From Synechococcus sp. (GTDB lineage: Bacteria; Cyanobacteriota; Cyanobacteriia; PCC-6307; Cyanobiaceae), in NCBI GenBank assembly GCA_047285305.1, contig JBJBDL010000003.1, positions 1,824,001-1,888,000 on the forward strand: DNA of 64,000 nucleotides. Direction: 5' to 3'. Each line of letters begins with the position of its first letter. Positions within the stretch are counted from its first letter, which is position 1. The position numbers were made by a program, and so were the translations under genes. Shown here in pieces: positions 35,179 through 44,452 of this stretch. The notes under the pieces are model-generated. The model saw only the letters and a program-made list of their open reading frames with translations, did not search any database and had not been told where the DNA came from.

Positions 35179-35835
35179 ATGCTCATTCCACTCCGCCCCG
35201 GCGAACTGCAACGCTTGATCCCTGCTGTTGCTACAGGCACCCAGTTCCGCGTTGCCCTTGGCAACCCCCAGGAAGTGCTGCAGCGCCTGATGATCGCCGC
35301 CATCGGTGGGGTGATTACGTTCCTGATCTACAACCAGGCGCAGCTCGGTAGCCGCTGGGGCCCCGTCTGGCTGGTGATCAGCGTTGTGTTCTTCCTGTAT
35401 GTGCTTTGGGGCCCGATCGTTCAGGCCGGCCAACGCAATGCCACCCTGCGGCGCTACCCCGCGGCTGCCCTGTTTGAGGGCGAGGTGGCGGACGTGATCA
35501 CGCGAGAGCGGGTGGAAAACCGGCACGAACAGGCCGACAGCCGCGGGCAGCTGGAACTCGTGGAGAACCGACGCACCTGGATGCTGCTCGAACTCGAAGA
35601 TGAGGAGGGTTACCTCGGCAGGGTGGCCTTTCCAATGGAGAAAAAGCACCAGTCGATCCGCCGCGGCAGCCTGATCCGCTGCTTAGTGCTGAGCGAGCGC
35701 AAGGATTTCTCAAAGATCGGAGCCCTCAGCGATGCCTGGCTGCCGGGCATGCGGATGTGGGTTGGCGAGTACCCCTTCCTGCTACGTCCCGCCTTTGAAG
35801 AGCTCTGCCAACTCCGGCTTGGTAGCCGGCGCTGA
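35179..35835 (+). CDS. Conserved cyanobacterial membrane protein
   Basis: MLIPL...LIPAVATG.Q, two TM helices, core-like codon usage. Confidence 0.75.
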   Translation: MLIPLRPGELQRLIPAVATGTQFRVALGNPQEVLQRLMIAAIGGVITFLIYNQAQLGSRWGPVWLVISVVFFLYVLWGPIVQAGQRNATLRRYPAAALFEGEVADVITRERVENRHEQADSRGQLELVENRRTWMLLELEDEEGYLGRVAFPMEKKHQSIRRGSLIRCLVLSERKDFSKIGALSDAWLPGMRMWVGEYPFLLRPAFEELCQLRLGSRR

Positions 35836-35899
35836 AGAGAAACTGCTGAACATTTCTTAAACCTGGTTTACACTTCTTAGCAATCAAACGGCGGCAACG

Positions 35900-36151
35900 A
35901 TGTCCCAATCTTCTTCCACTACTCCAGTCGTGCGCGGTGCACAGGTCACCACGGAAGACGGCGGCCGCCTCAACGCCTTCGCAACGGAACCCCGCATGGA
36001 AGTGGTTGAAGCAACCCAGGGTTGGGGTTTCCACGACCGCGCCGAAAAATTGAACGGCCGAATGGCCATGCTCGGTTTCATTGCTCTTTTGGCGACCGAG
36101 TTGGCCCTGGGCGGCGAATCCTTCGTTCACGGGCTGCTCGGCCTGGGCTGA
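35900..36151 (+). CDS. hli: High-light-inducible protein (Hli/CAB-ELIP)
   Basis: [24 protein letters not shown] chlorophyll-binding helix. Confidence 0.93.
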   Translation: MSQSSSTTPVVRGAQVTTEDGGRLNAFATEPRMEVVEATQGWGFHDRAEKLNGRMAMLGFIALLATELALGGESFVHGLLGLG

Positions 36152-36192
36152 TGGCCTCGCACTGGATCGGGATGGCTGGCCAGACTCGCGGA

Positions 36193-37338
36193 ATGGCTCC
36201 ACCCCCTCCAGAGATTCATGTTTTGGGCGCTGGTCCCACCGGCGCCCTCACTGCTCTTTCCCTCGGCCTCCGAGGGCAGCGCGTGGTCCTGTTTGACCCG
36301 CTGACGGCATCAGAACTTCAAGCCAGAAGTCGGGCGTACGCCATCACCCACTCCAGCCGCAGGTTGTTGACCAATCTGGGCCTTTGGCATGACCTTCGCG
36401 ATGCATTGGTGCCCTTCCGTGACCTGGATTTGCGGGACGGTGCCACCAACGCCCGCGTTCTCTTCGACCAGGACGATCTGGCATCACCCAATCGAAACCA
36501 TGACGGTATTGGCTGGATCCTTGATCACCGGCCCTTGATGAAGCTCTTGCTGGCTCGGCTGGAGGCCAATAACAACGTGGCCATGCACCTTGACGAACCA
36601 TGCCCTGAGCCAAGCACTGACGCACTGATCGTGGCGGCTGATGGACCGCGCTCCCCCACACGAGAGGCCTGGGGCATCCGTCACTGGAGCATCCGCTATC
36701 GCCAGGGGTGTCTCACCGCCAAAGTCGCCCTGCGGGGACTCCCCCACGACAGGGCCTGCGAGTTGTTTCGCCCGGAAGGCCCTCTCGCCGTTCTGCCCTT
36801 GGGGCAGGGCACTTTCCAGGTGGTGTGGAGTGCACCCTGGCAGCGTTGCCAGCAGCGCAGCACGCTGCAGCGCAGTGCGTTTCTTGATCAGCTGGCCGCT
36901 GTTCTTCCGGAGGGGATTGAACCGGATTTCCTTCTGGATCAACCCCGAGCCTTCCCACAACAATGGCTCCTGGCTCGCCGCTTCCATCGCGGACGGGGCG
37001 TGCTGATCGGCGAAGCGGGCCACCGCTGCCATCCCGTAGGAGGCCAGGGGCTCAATCTCTGCTGGCGTGATGTGGAAGGTTTGCTGAGCGCCGTGGAGAG
37101 GGGAGGCAGCGCCGCAAAAATCGCTCGGCGCTACGGGATGAGCCGATGGCTTGATGTGCTCCAGGTGGGTTTGGCAACGGACCTTCTAGTGCGGGTGTTC
37201 TCAAACCGACAACCGCTGTTGCTTCCCCTTCGCCGTTTAGCCCTGCTGCTGCTGAAACAGTTTTCTGGGCTGCGCCAACTCAGCTTGCGGGCCATGAGTG
37301 ACGGCCCCATGCAGCTCTGGCAAGCCTTGCCAAACTGA
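36193..37338 (+). CDS. UbiH/COQ6-like FAD-dependent hydroxylase
   Basis: LGAGPTG, AADG..S..R, GEAGHRCHPVGGQGLNL; alternative start 36151. Confidence 0.88.
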   Translation: MAPPPPEIHVLGAGPTGALTALSLGLRGQRVVLFDPLTASELQARSRAYAITHSSRRLLTNLGLWHDLRDALVPFRDLDLRDGATNARVLFDQDDLASPNRNHDGIGWILDHRPLMKLLLARLEANNNVAMHLDEPCPEPSTDALIVAADGPRSPTREAWGIRHWSIRYRQGCLTAKVALRGLPHDRACELFRPEGPLAVLPLGQGTFQVVWSAPWQRCQQRSTLQRSAFLDQLAAVLPEGIEPDFLLDQPRAFPQQWLLARRFHRGRGVLIGEAGHRCHPVGGQGLNLCWRDVEGLLSAVERGGSAAKIARRYGMSRWLDVLQVGLATDLLVRVFSNRQPLLLPLRRLALLLLKQFSGLRQLSLRAMSDGPMQLWQALPN

Positions 37339-37358
37339 GCCAAGCGCGGGTCGCGACC

Positions 37359-37571
37359 ATGGTCATGTCCAGCCAGCGGCAACCCCCAGCAACAGACGCG
37401 CTGCTGCAGTTTCTTCAGCGGCGCTTGGGATTGAGTCCAAGCGCCCTTGAGCTGGGGCAACGCCAGGCGGAACTGGAACAAGCCCCCCTCCCGATTGTGC
37501 TGTGGAGCTTCGGGTTATTGAATTTGCAGCAGTTGGAAGACGTCTTCGACTGGCAGAACAGTCAGCCGTAG
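37359..37571 (+). CDS. DUF2949 family protein
   Basis: [20 protein letters not shown]. Confidence 0.8.
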   Translation: MVMSSQRQPPATDALLQFLQRRLGLSPSALELGQRQAELEQAPLPIVLWSFGLLNLQQLEDVFDWQNSQP

Positions 37572-38080
37572 CGCAACAACGCTTCCACGGGTTGGCCGGC
37601 GGGCAAGGCCTGACGGCCTCCGAGCCCCTCCAGCTCGATCACAAAGGCAAAGCCCACCAAGCAACCGCCGGCCTGCTCCACCAATTGTCCCGTTGCTGCA
37701 GCTGTTCCACCGGTGGCCAGCAGATCGTCCACCACCAGCACCCGGGGGAAATTCTCAAAAGCATCAGCTTGGATCTCGAGCCGATCGGTGCCGTACTCCA
37801 GGGCGTAATCCAGGCCCACCACCTCACCGGGGAGCTTTCCTGGCTTCCGCACAGGCACGAAGCCAAGCCGTCTATGGCTGGCCAGGGGTGCCCCAAAAAT
37901 GAATCCCCGGGATTCGATCCCCACGATCAGATCAGGCTTCAGCTGCTCACACACCCGACCCAGCTGACGGATCACCTCGGCCATGGCCTCGGGTGTGCGC
38001 AGCAGCGGGTTGATGTCTCGAAACAGAATTCCAGGCTTGGGAAAATCTGGAATTGAGCGAATGTGCGACTGAAGATCCAA
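37562..38080 (-). CDS. apt: Adenine phosphoribosyltransferase
   Basis: [36 protein letters not shown]. Confidence 0.97.
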   Translation of the reverse strand: MDLQSHIRSIPDFPKPGILFRDINPLLRTPEAMAEVIRQLGRVCEQLKPDLIVGIESRGFIFGAPLASHRRLGFVPVRKPGKLPGEVVGLDYALEYGTDRLEIQADAFENFPRVLVVDDLLATGGTAAATGQLVEQAGGCLVGFAFVIELEGLGGRQALPAGQPVEALLRYG

Positions 38081-38111
38081 ATCCAGGTGACGCGATGGCG
38101 ACGCACCTGGA

Positions 38112-38126
38112 TCATCGCAGCCATGA
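38112..38126 (+). repeat. attL-like core TCATCGCAGCCATGA
   Basis: Identical to 45824-45838. Confidence 0.85.
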
Positions 38127-38272
38127 GGTTTGCCAAGGTCTAAAGCCTTGCAAAAACAGGGTTATGACTGGTTTCTGGGGGGAGAATCACGACTGAGTTC
38201 TACGAGAGTTCAACGACAGCAGAACGGCAAGAGTGGGCATGGGGGATGCAGCATCCAAGGTCCTCTGTAAAT
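38118..38272 (+). repeat. Element left-end segment, copy 1
   Basis: Aligns to 42881-43034 with 20 differences in 155 positions by manual count. Confidence 0.92.
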
Positions 38273-38642
38273 GGGTCTCAGAAATATCCGCTGGTTTTGA
38301 AAGGTGTGGGGAAGAGGCCTAATGGACCTCGACTCCCCATTGGCGCGGGAGGAAGCCAAGTGGTCCTCGACTCGCAGCTACAGACCCCTCTCGGCCTGCA
38401 GGATCAAGATGCACTTGCCGCTAGAAAGACCTGCCGAAGCGTGCTGTTTTCTTCAGGCTGCCTCGGTTACCAAAACCCAGCTGCCCTTACTAAGACATCT
38501 GTGTGGAGGAGCGTACGGACTGAATTTGCACACGCAGGGGGGGCAATCAAGCGCTATCTCCGAGCAAGCATCAGCAAGAAATGGAGCGATAGCAGTAGTT
38601 AATGGCAAGCTCCTGCGAGGTAATGGTGCGTATGCGTAGCCA

Positions 38643-38945
38643 ATGTTTCTGAGAGCACAGGCACCACTTCAACGATGCAGTCAAAAACAGGAGTTCTTTT
38701 TCGGACGGCGCATACGAGGTGCATTACTTGGAATCTTGGTTGTAAGTTCACTCTCTGTACAAGCCGCAGAACCCATACGCCTGCAGGTCATCCCATATCG
38801 AATCAGGAGCAACGACATACAAGTCCCACCGCTCTTACTACCGCCACCTCCCCTACTGCTTGAACCGGTTAAGCCGCGGAAACGCAGGCCAAATAGCGGT
38901 AGGGATCAGGGCTGGGACGACGATCTGGATTGGTTGATGGATTAG
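38643..38945 (+). CDS. Hypothetical Pro-rich exported protein
   Basis: Hydrophobic segment ending VQA, then PPLLLPPPP. Confidence 0.45.
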   Translation: MFLRAQAPLQRCSQKQEFFFGRRIRGALLGILVVSSLSVQAAEPIRLQVIPYRIRSNDIQVPPLLLPPPPLLLEPVKPRKRRPNSGRDQGWDDDLDWLMD

Positions 38946-39092
38946 TCAAATCCACATCGAGAGGGAAGTGCACAAGGACCAGGTCACTTAGCTAGTAGAC
39001 AAAAAGCATCAGGGCTACTCAAGTGGTTATGTATGTTTAGGTACTACGCAGGCTTGCAACTTGCGAGAAAATTATCTAATTTCTAGCGATTA

Positions 39093-39341
39093 ATGGCTCC
39101 ACTTACAGCACTCACAGCACTTGTTTTCGCAATGAGCGGCGCAATCAAATATCCAGCAATCTGCAAGGATACCTATCTAAGCGAGGAGAAAGCTCAAAAT
39201 ATCAAGAACGTCGTAAAGGCCCTTTCTCGCAAGCCTGGTTGCATGCGAATCGGGAATGAAACAATTACTGAAGGAGATAGGGCTGGCGAGGTTTTCCCTA
39301 TCTATACATGCTGCACTTCTATTGAAGCCGAAAGAAAATAG
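39093..39341 (+). CDS. Small Cys-containing exported hypothetical protein
   Basis: Signal-like N-terminus, four Cys. Confidence 0.5.
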   Translation: MAPLTALTALVFAMSGAIKYPAICKDTYLSEEKAQNIKNVVKALSRKPGCMRIGNETITEGDRAGEVFPIYTCCTSIEAERK

Positions 39342-39491
39342 ACAAAAACAACACTTTGTAGCGAGACTAGAGAGCTGTTGCACTTACCCAATTCGCATTT
39401 CCTCTCCTACAAAAGATGAGCAGCACCTGGAGCACTGTTGCCGAAACCGAAAAGCTTTCGCAAAATAAGGAAGTTGTTGAACTACGGCCAA

Positions 39492-39878
39492 GTGAAACGA
39501 CTTCTCCTGATAGGCACCTTGTTAGCAACCGCTCACACTCTGCCAGCAATGGTGCGGACGGAGGCAAGAGAGCTGGTTCCAACAGCATCAAGACGGGCCA
39601 TAAACCTCGCCCGCGGAGCTGCTTCAGCATCTAATGGGGGGCTACGCATCTATCACCCGGCTCGATGCATGCATCTCAATCCAACAAACAACCCTTGCCT
39701 GACAAAACTAGATGCAGAGGGCTTTGAATTCCGCTTCCAGGGAGGCCCCCCTGGCTGGGAGGTGATTGGGATAGCTCCAACGGTCGAGTCAATTGTGCTG
39801 ATCGCACCCGACGGACGCTCTGTTGTCGCTGAAAGCCATGAAGAGATCAAAAAAGCATCGCCGCCAGCTTTACCTTGA
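39492..39878 (+). CDS. Secreted cyanobacterial hypothetical protein
   Basis: GTG start, signal peptide; AINLAR...NGGL..Y.P..CM...FRFQGGPPGW pattern. Confidence 0.6.
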   Translation: MKRLLLIGTLLATAHTLPAMVRTEARELVPTASRRAINLARGAASASNGGLRIYHPARCMHLNPTNNPCLTKLDAEGFEFRFQGGPPGWEVIGIAPTVESIVLIAPDGRSVVAESHEEIKKASPPALP

Positions 39879-40098
39879 CGACAAGACCTATCCAAAAACA
39901 TGCAAATGATCCCCCCTTAACACAAGAACATGATGAGAATGATTTTCTTACGAGCAAATATCCATGCCCCCAGGCATGGGCTTCACGATTTCACAATCGC
40001 ATCTTTCCATTGTCGACTGCCCATTACTGATGCCAGAAACTGACCGAAATCCTCGACTTTCTCCAGAGGGAGTCAGATGCAACAAAGGCGGGCGAACG

Positions 40099-40647
40099 AT
40101 GCATATCCTTGTTTTACTAATCCTTCTTGCGTCAGGCCTAAGTACGCATGCAGCAGATTATCGCCGATACATAAACAAAAGGACTAGGCCCCTGCACGAC
40201 CTCTTGCTAAAAAAACAATTTCTTATAATAACCAACCCTCCGGCATGCGAAATGAACCATCTAATGAGAGGATATTTTATATCTAGATACAGAGCAATTT
40301 ATCTATGCGTAGACAATCTTCTGGAAGATCCAAGGCTGGGTGATATTTCCGGAAGAGAAAAGTTTAATGATGCGAGAAAGCAGCTTAGTACAACACTTAC
40401 GCATGAGGCTGTTCACGCTGCCCAATGGTGCAAAGGCTCAAAAAACTGGACACTATTTAATCTGAGCGGCAGCGGCATGCTTGGAGGATTCAGAGACTCA
40501 GCACTTGACTCATCAACAAAAACAAGAGGCAACAGAAAGTCAGAGAAAGAAGCTTATCTACTCGAGAGCAAACCAGAAATCGTAATGGAAGCGTTCGATC
40601 TGTATTGCCGAGCACTATCCCTTGGGGACGGGAAAAAGAAACTATAA
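40099..40647 (+). CDS. Secreted HExxH zinc-metallopeptidase-like protein
   Basis: Signal peptide, IYLC, TLTHEAVHAAQWC, downstream EKEAY third-ligand-like motif. Confidence 0.65.
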   Translation: MHILVLLILLASGLSTHAADYRRYINKRTRPLHDLLLKKQFLIITNPPACEMNHLMRGYFISRYRAIYLCVDNLLEDPRLGDISGREKFNDARKQLSTTLTHEAVHAAQWCKGSKNWTLFNLSGSGMLGGFRDSALDSSTKTRGNRKSEKEAYLLESKPEIVMEAFDLYCRALSLGDGKKKL

Positions 40648-40746
40648 GAATTACTTTAAGGTCTACTCAGTTCTTGATAAAGCCTGTAAGTGCAGTGACA
40701 AATGGCAGCTGGCCAGCCAAACTCGTTGTATTTCAGGGCATTCCAA

Positions 40747-41088
40747 GTGAAGAAGATGCTCCTTATTTCGGTTTTGTGCCTAATGCCCAGTGCTCAAGCA
40801 ATAGATTATGTCAAATGTGAAGCAATACAGAGGGCTGCTGCGCGCCTAAAGTCTTCAATGGATGCAGAGGCACTAGCAGCTCAAAACGCAATCGTTCTAC
40901 CTGCAATGGAGGGGGCTCAAGCCAGATGTTCTACAAAGTTTGTTAACAACGATGTCCTTAACTGCATAAGCATCAACATGGCTACCTTTGAAGCAGAGGG
41001 AAACTTAGCCAGAGAGAAAGTTATCGAGAAATATGCCCCACGTGTTGATCGAGTGCTAGCCGACTATGAGGCCCTGGGCTGCTACTGA
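40747..41088 (+). CDS. Secreted helical hypothetical protein
   Basis: KKMLLISVLCLMPSAQA signal peptide; four Cys in the mature part. Confidence 0.6.
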   Translation: MKKMLLISVLCLMPSAQAIDYVKCEAIQRAAARLKSSMDAEALAAQNAIVLPAMEGAQARCSTKFVNNDVLNCISINMATFEAEGNLAREKVIEKYAPRVDRVLADYEALGCY

Positions 41089-41211
41089 AGATGAGCTCTT
41101 TAATCCTTCTAGTTAGTTTAGGGCTTGGATTTATCTCTCCCTATGGCGCAACAAGCGAGCCTAAAACGTCGGAACAATAAGGAGGCGCTAATAAGTGTAT
41201 AAACATTTGAA

Positions 41212-41412
41212 TCACGCTACTTTGCGTTCCAGCCTGAGAAGATGTCGGCGTCCCGCTGCCGCGGCTTGCTTTTCCTCTTCGATTTCTGCTCTCAGGAAAC
41301 GCTTTCTCTGAGCAGATTCGTAACCGCTCAGATCTTGCTGTCTGGCGAAATGGGGTGTGCGCTTTGGCCTGTCAAGACCCATCAACAGTGGGTGGATTCC
41401 TCTTCGACTCAT
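41212..41412 (-). CDS. Small basic hypothetical protein
   Basis: 66-aa ORF with charged helical C-terminus. Confidence 0.4.
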   Translation of the reverse strand: MSRRGIHPLLMGLDRPKRTPHFARQQDLSGYESAQRKRFLRAEIEEEKQAAAAGRRHLLRLERKVA

Positions 41413-41660
41413 TGAAATGTCTGGATATGTGGTTCTCGCGTAGTGGTCTGCCTGACCCAGCCGCGCTTTTCAAGTATCTCGGCATTAAACAAGGATTGCT
41501 GTGTAAGGGACGACATTTGCACACAAACGTCGATCAAGTTGATACCGGCGCCATCAACTGGGTTGAAGCTGATCCTGTGACCCACATCGTTCCAACGGTA
41601 TGAGCTGACCTACATCAAATAACGTTCCCAGAGACGGAAAACGCCGTTAGCTTTATCGGT

Positions 41661-41831
41661 ATGAAACGTTCGAACCTCGCAAATCTGGGCGGCGGCGTGA
41701 TCGTCGCGATCATGGCCCTTGCTGTTTTCGCTGGAGGCGCCAACGCGTGCCATCACAATGCCGAGAAAGTGGAGCAAACCTCCACAGAGCTACCTCAGGA
41801 GACTGACGAGAAGACAGAAATTGAAGTGTGA
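41661..41831 (+). CDS. 56-aa secreted microprotein
   Basis: Manual translation MKRSNLANLGGGVIVAIMALAVFAGGANA-CHHNAEKVEQTSTELPQETDEKTEIEV. Confidence 0.6.
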   Translation: MKRSNLANLGGGVIVAIMALAVFAGGANACHHNAEKVEQTSTELPQETDEKTEIEV

Positions 41832-41842
41832 GCGCCTTCCGA

Positions 41843-41977
41843 ATGGATGACCGCCTGAAGGTTGCTGTTAGTGCGGTGCTCATCGCGGCAATGTTCGCTT
41901 TTGGGGCTGGTGGAAACTGGTTGGTTTTCTTTCTCCTAGCCGCCATGGCGGTCATCGTGACTTGGGAATTCGGCTAA
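41843..41977 (+). CDS. 44-aa two-TM microprotein
   Basis: Manual translation MDDRLKVAVSAVLIAAMFAFGAGGNWLVFFLLAAMAVIVTWEFG. Confidence 0.55.
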   Translation: MDDRLKVAVSAVLIAAMFAFGAGGNWLVFFLLAAMAVIVTWEFG

Positions 41978-41984
41978 GGCGCAG

Positions 41985-42146
41985 ATGAAAAACCTCCTCC
42001 TGCTTTTGATTGTTGCGATATCCATCTGGGCTGGTGTTGCTCTGGATAGAGCTGGTTGGCGATACAGGAAACAGCTTTGGCAATTCCAAGGGGCCGCAAC
42101 TGGCCTCGTTGTCGGATACCTGCTGGGTCGTTCAAGGCTGATCTAA
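41985..42146 (+). CDS. 53-aa membrane microprotein
   Basis: Manual translation MKNLLLLLIVAISIWAGVALDRAGWRYRKQLWQFQGAATGLVVGYLLGRSRLI. Confidence 0.6.
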   Translation: MKNLLLLLIVAISIWAGVALDRAGWRYRKQLWQFQGAATGLVVGYLLGRSRLI

Positions 42147-42375
42147 GTGCTCAGCGCCGTCGTTGGGAACGCAAATTCAGCACCGTGTTGATGGCCGCAA
42201 ACGTGACCAGACAGGTGAGGCATAAATCCTCGTAATCCATGCGAGCAATTCAAGAGCCCCGTAGATTGTCTGTCGCCTTCGGCCCAAATCGTTCCGAGAG
42301 TTTTAGATCTGAGCACCGACATAGCAGAAGGAGATGGGCTAGGCCCCGGAGGATTGATGAGGGCACAATTGGTGC

Positions 42376-42645
42376 ATGGATACGAATAGAGCAACCACAC
42401 TGTTGACCCGCGCTGCCTTCGGCGCGGTGATCGCTATACCAGCTCTTTTACTAGTGGACTATTTGGAGAAGAAAGTGGCTTTCAAAGAATGCGTGATGGA
42501 AGAGCTGATGGGGGAGCACGGCAAGAGACAATCTGCCCAGTTCTCCTACAGCTTCAGAGGTGCAGACGGCGATATCGACATCAACGCCTCGCTGGCGATT
42601 GCTCGCCTGAACTGCAAAAGCGGTCGTAAACCCATCGTCTACTGA
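42376..42645 (+). CDS. Membrane-anchored hypothetical protein
   Basis: N-terminal TM segment, two Cys. Confidence 0.5.
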   Translation: MDTNRATTLLTRAAFGAVIAIPALLLVDYLEKKVAFKECVMEELMGEHGKRQSAQFSYSFRGADGDIDINASLAIARLNCKSGRKPIVY

Positions 42646-42880
42646 TCAAACATCATTCCCTTCAGGCATTCGGCAACCCCTAAGCCAACCGCACAGACGA
42701 GACATCACGCCAATTTGGAAGAAGGACGTGGGCTGGACTACTGCGGCATAGCCCCAAGCGAAGCCAGCGACCTTCAAGAAGATGACCTGGCCGCCCTCAG
42801 AGGTGCAAATCAACTGAGAGCAGTTCTTTCGTAGCCATGCTCCTCAATAACCTGTCACATCACTTGCTACGGAAACAGAA

Positions 42881-43034
42881 CAGGCATGCGGTTTATGAAG
42901 CTCTAAAGCGTTGCAAACACAGGGTTATGACTGGTTCCTGGGGGAGGATTACGACTGAGTTCCACGAGAGTTAAACGACAGCAGAAAGGCAAACGGGGGC
43001 ATGGGAGATGCAGCATCCAAGGTCCTCCGTAAAT
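42881..43034 (+). repeat. Element left-end segment, copy 2, with degenerate att core CAGGCATGC
   Basis: ~87% identical to 38118-38272. Confidence 0.92.
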
Positions 43035-43137
43035 TAGCTTCAGATTTTTTTTGTGAAATCTGAGTGTGAAGTTCGGTTCTCACTGCCCTGACAGTTGAGG
43101 TTTGTGTCTATTGATGGAGAAGAGGAAAGGAGAGCAA

Positions 43138-43284
43138 ATGGTTGGTGACTTCATTCTTTACCTGGCATTGATCCAGCTGGGAGCTGTAACTGCAATCACA
43201 GCTGCTGTCGTCGGGGCTCTGTTTTTGATCTACCAATCGGTTCCAAATCGGAGCCCTGAGATTTGCGATGGTGTCGACAAGTAG
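43138..43284 (+). CDS. Small single-TM hypothetical protein
   Basis: AAGGAG RBS-like motif before ATG; hydrophobic core. Confidence 0.45.
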   Translation: MVGDFILYLALIQLGAVTAITAAVVGALFLIYQSVPNRSPEICDGVDK

Positions 43285-43391
43285 CCCACTCAAGAAGAAG
43301 CAGCTGACGAGCTCGACACCTAGCGGCACAGCTGAAAATCGATCACATGTGATCGGCTGTCCTCAAGATTGTCCAAAAGCCGGATGCTGGC

Positions 43392-43613
43392 CTATTGGAT
43401 CAAGGCTTTACCACAGCGAACGGTCGACACCACCTCATCTGTGGCAGTGTCCACCACTCTGTATGTGCACATCTTTACCTTCGACTTGGTGCGGGCAGTG
43501 AGATATGCGGTCAACTCAGTAGCGAGAGAAAGCTCATTGACCCATTGCTCAGAAGCGACATGCATCTGCACACTAAACCGATTGGGATCTCCAGGGGTAT
43601 AGGGCGCGTACAA
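43392..43613 (-). CDS. Small hypothetical protein
   Basis: 73-aa ORF (YRVVDTATDEVV). Confidence 0.45.
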   Translation of the reverse strand: MYAPYTPGDPNRFSVQMHVASEQWVNELSLATELTAYLTARTKSKVKMCTYRVVDTATDEVVSTVRCGKALIQ

Positions 43614-43920
43614 CAGAAGAAAAGCTGGACCCTTACTGGTAGCAACATCTGTGTCATGCCTTTAGGCCCTTAAGGATCAATTCCTGCCCCCCCCCCCGAG
43701 CCGACTCTGTGCTGACACATTTGCGCTATTGCGAGGTCTATGTCGGTTGATCGCGAAAGAGGCATCGCCACGTCCAAGCCGGATCAGGTCTTTCCCCCTC
43801 ATCAATGCTTGGAATGACTGTGATCATCACTGATACGGATTAGCCAAATCCTGAGCCTTCTCTTACTTTCTTGCTTTCTTGATTATTTTAATCAGAATGA
43901 CGTAAATAACTCCTGGTCCT

Positions 43921-44376
43921 ATGAAGCGAGCAATTGTCCTTGGGATAGTCTCTTTGTTTGCATCGGCTTGCAGTCCAAATAAGACGACTGAGCCTGGAGT
44001 TACTTCGGGGAAGCCCGTAATCAATGAGATTCTCACGGCATCTAAAACGCTTGAGGGAGCTTTTCTCAAATATCCTGATGGCAAGCCCGAAATGCGTCTT
44101 TATCGAGTTGAAATTCCAGTTGGCGGAAAGATTCCGCTGCACAAGCACCCAGCTCCGATGATGGTTTTTGTGCAAGGAGTAAACTCAGGCTCTTTGAGGA
44201 ATACTCAAGTCATGTCTGATGGAAGCGAAATCAAAAACATTTTCAAGCCTGGTCAAGCCTTTTTAAAAGGAGTTGATACGCCTCACTACAGTGAGAACGT
44301 TGGCAACAAGCCGACTATCCTTTGGGTGACAGTTACCTCTGCTGAAGACATGCCAACAACAGTGTTCCTTGACTGA
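43921..44376 (+). CDS. Cupin-domain lipoprotein
   Basis: Lipobox ASAC; IPLHKHPAP and FKPGQAF...PHYSEN cupin motifs. Confidence 0.8.
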   Translation: MKRAIVLGIVSLFASACSPNKTTEPGVTSGKPVINEILTASKTLEGAFLKYPDGKPEMRLYRVEIPVGGKIPLHKHPAPMMVFVQGVNSGSLRNTQVMSDGSEIKNIFKPGQAFLKGVDTPHYSENVGNKPTILWVTVTSAEDMPTTVFLD

Positions 44377-44452
44377 ATTCAATGTCATGACCTAATTGAA
44401 TACTGAATTAACCTAGAATCAATACTCATCAGATTTCAGTTGCCAGATCTCA

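Noticed and set aside
38246..38639. Overlapping ORFs of 118 and 111 aa at the island start
   Set aside because: Neither has a recognisable motif or a convincing start; possibly decayed remnants.
38118..43034. 155-bp repeats as a CRISPR array or IS terminal repeats
   Set aside because: Only two direct copies 4.8 kb apart; no repeat-spacer periodicity, cas gene or transposase.
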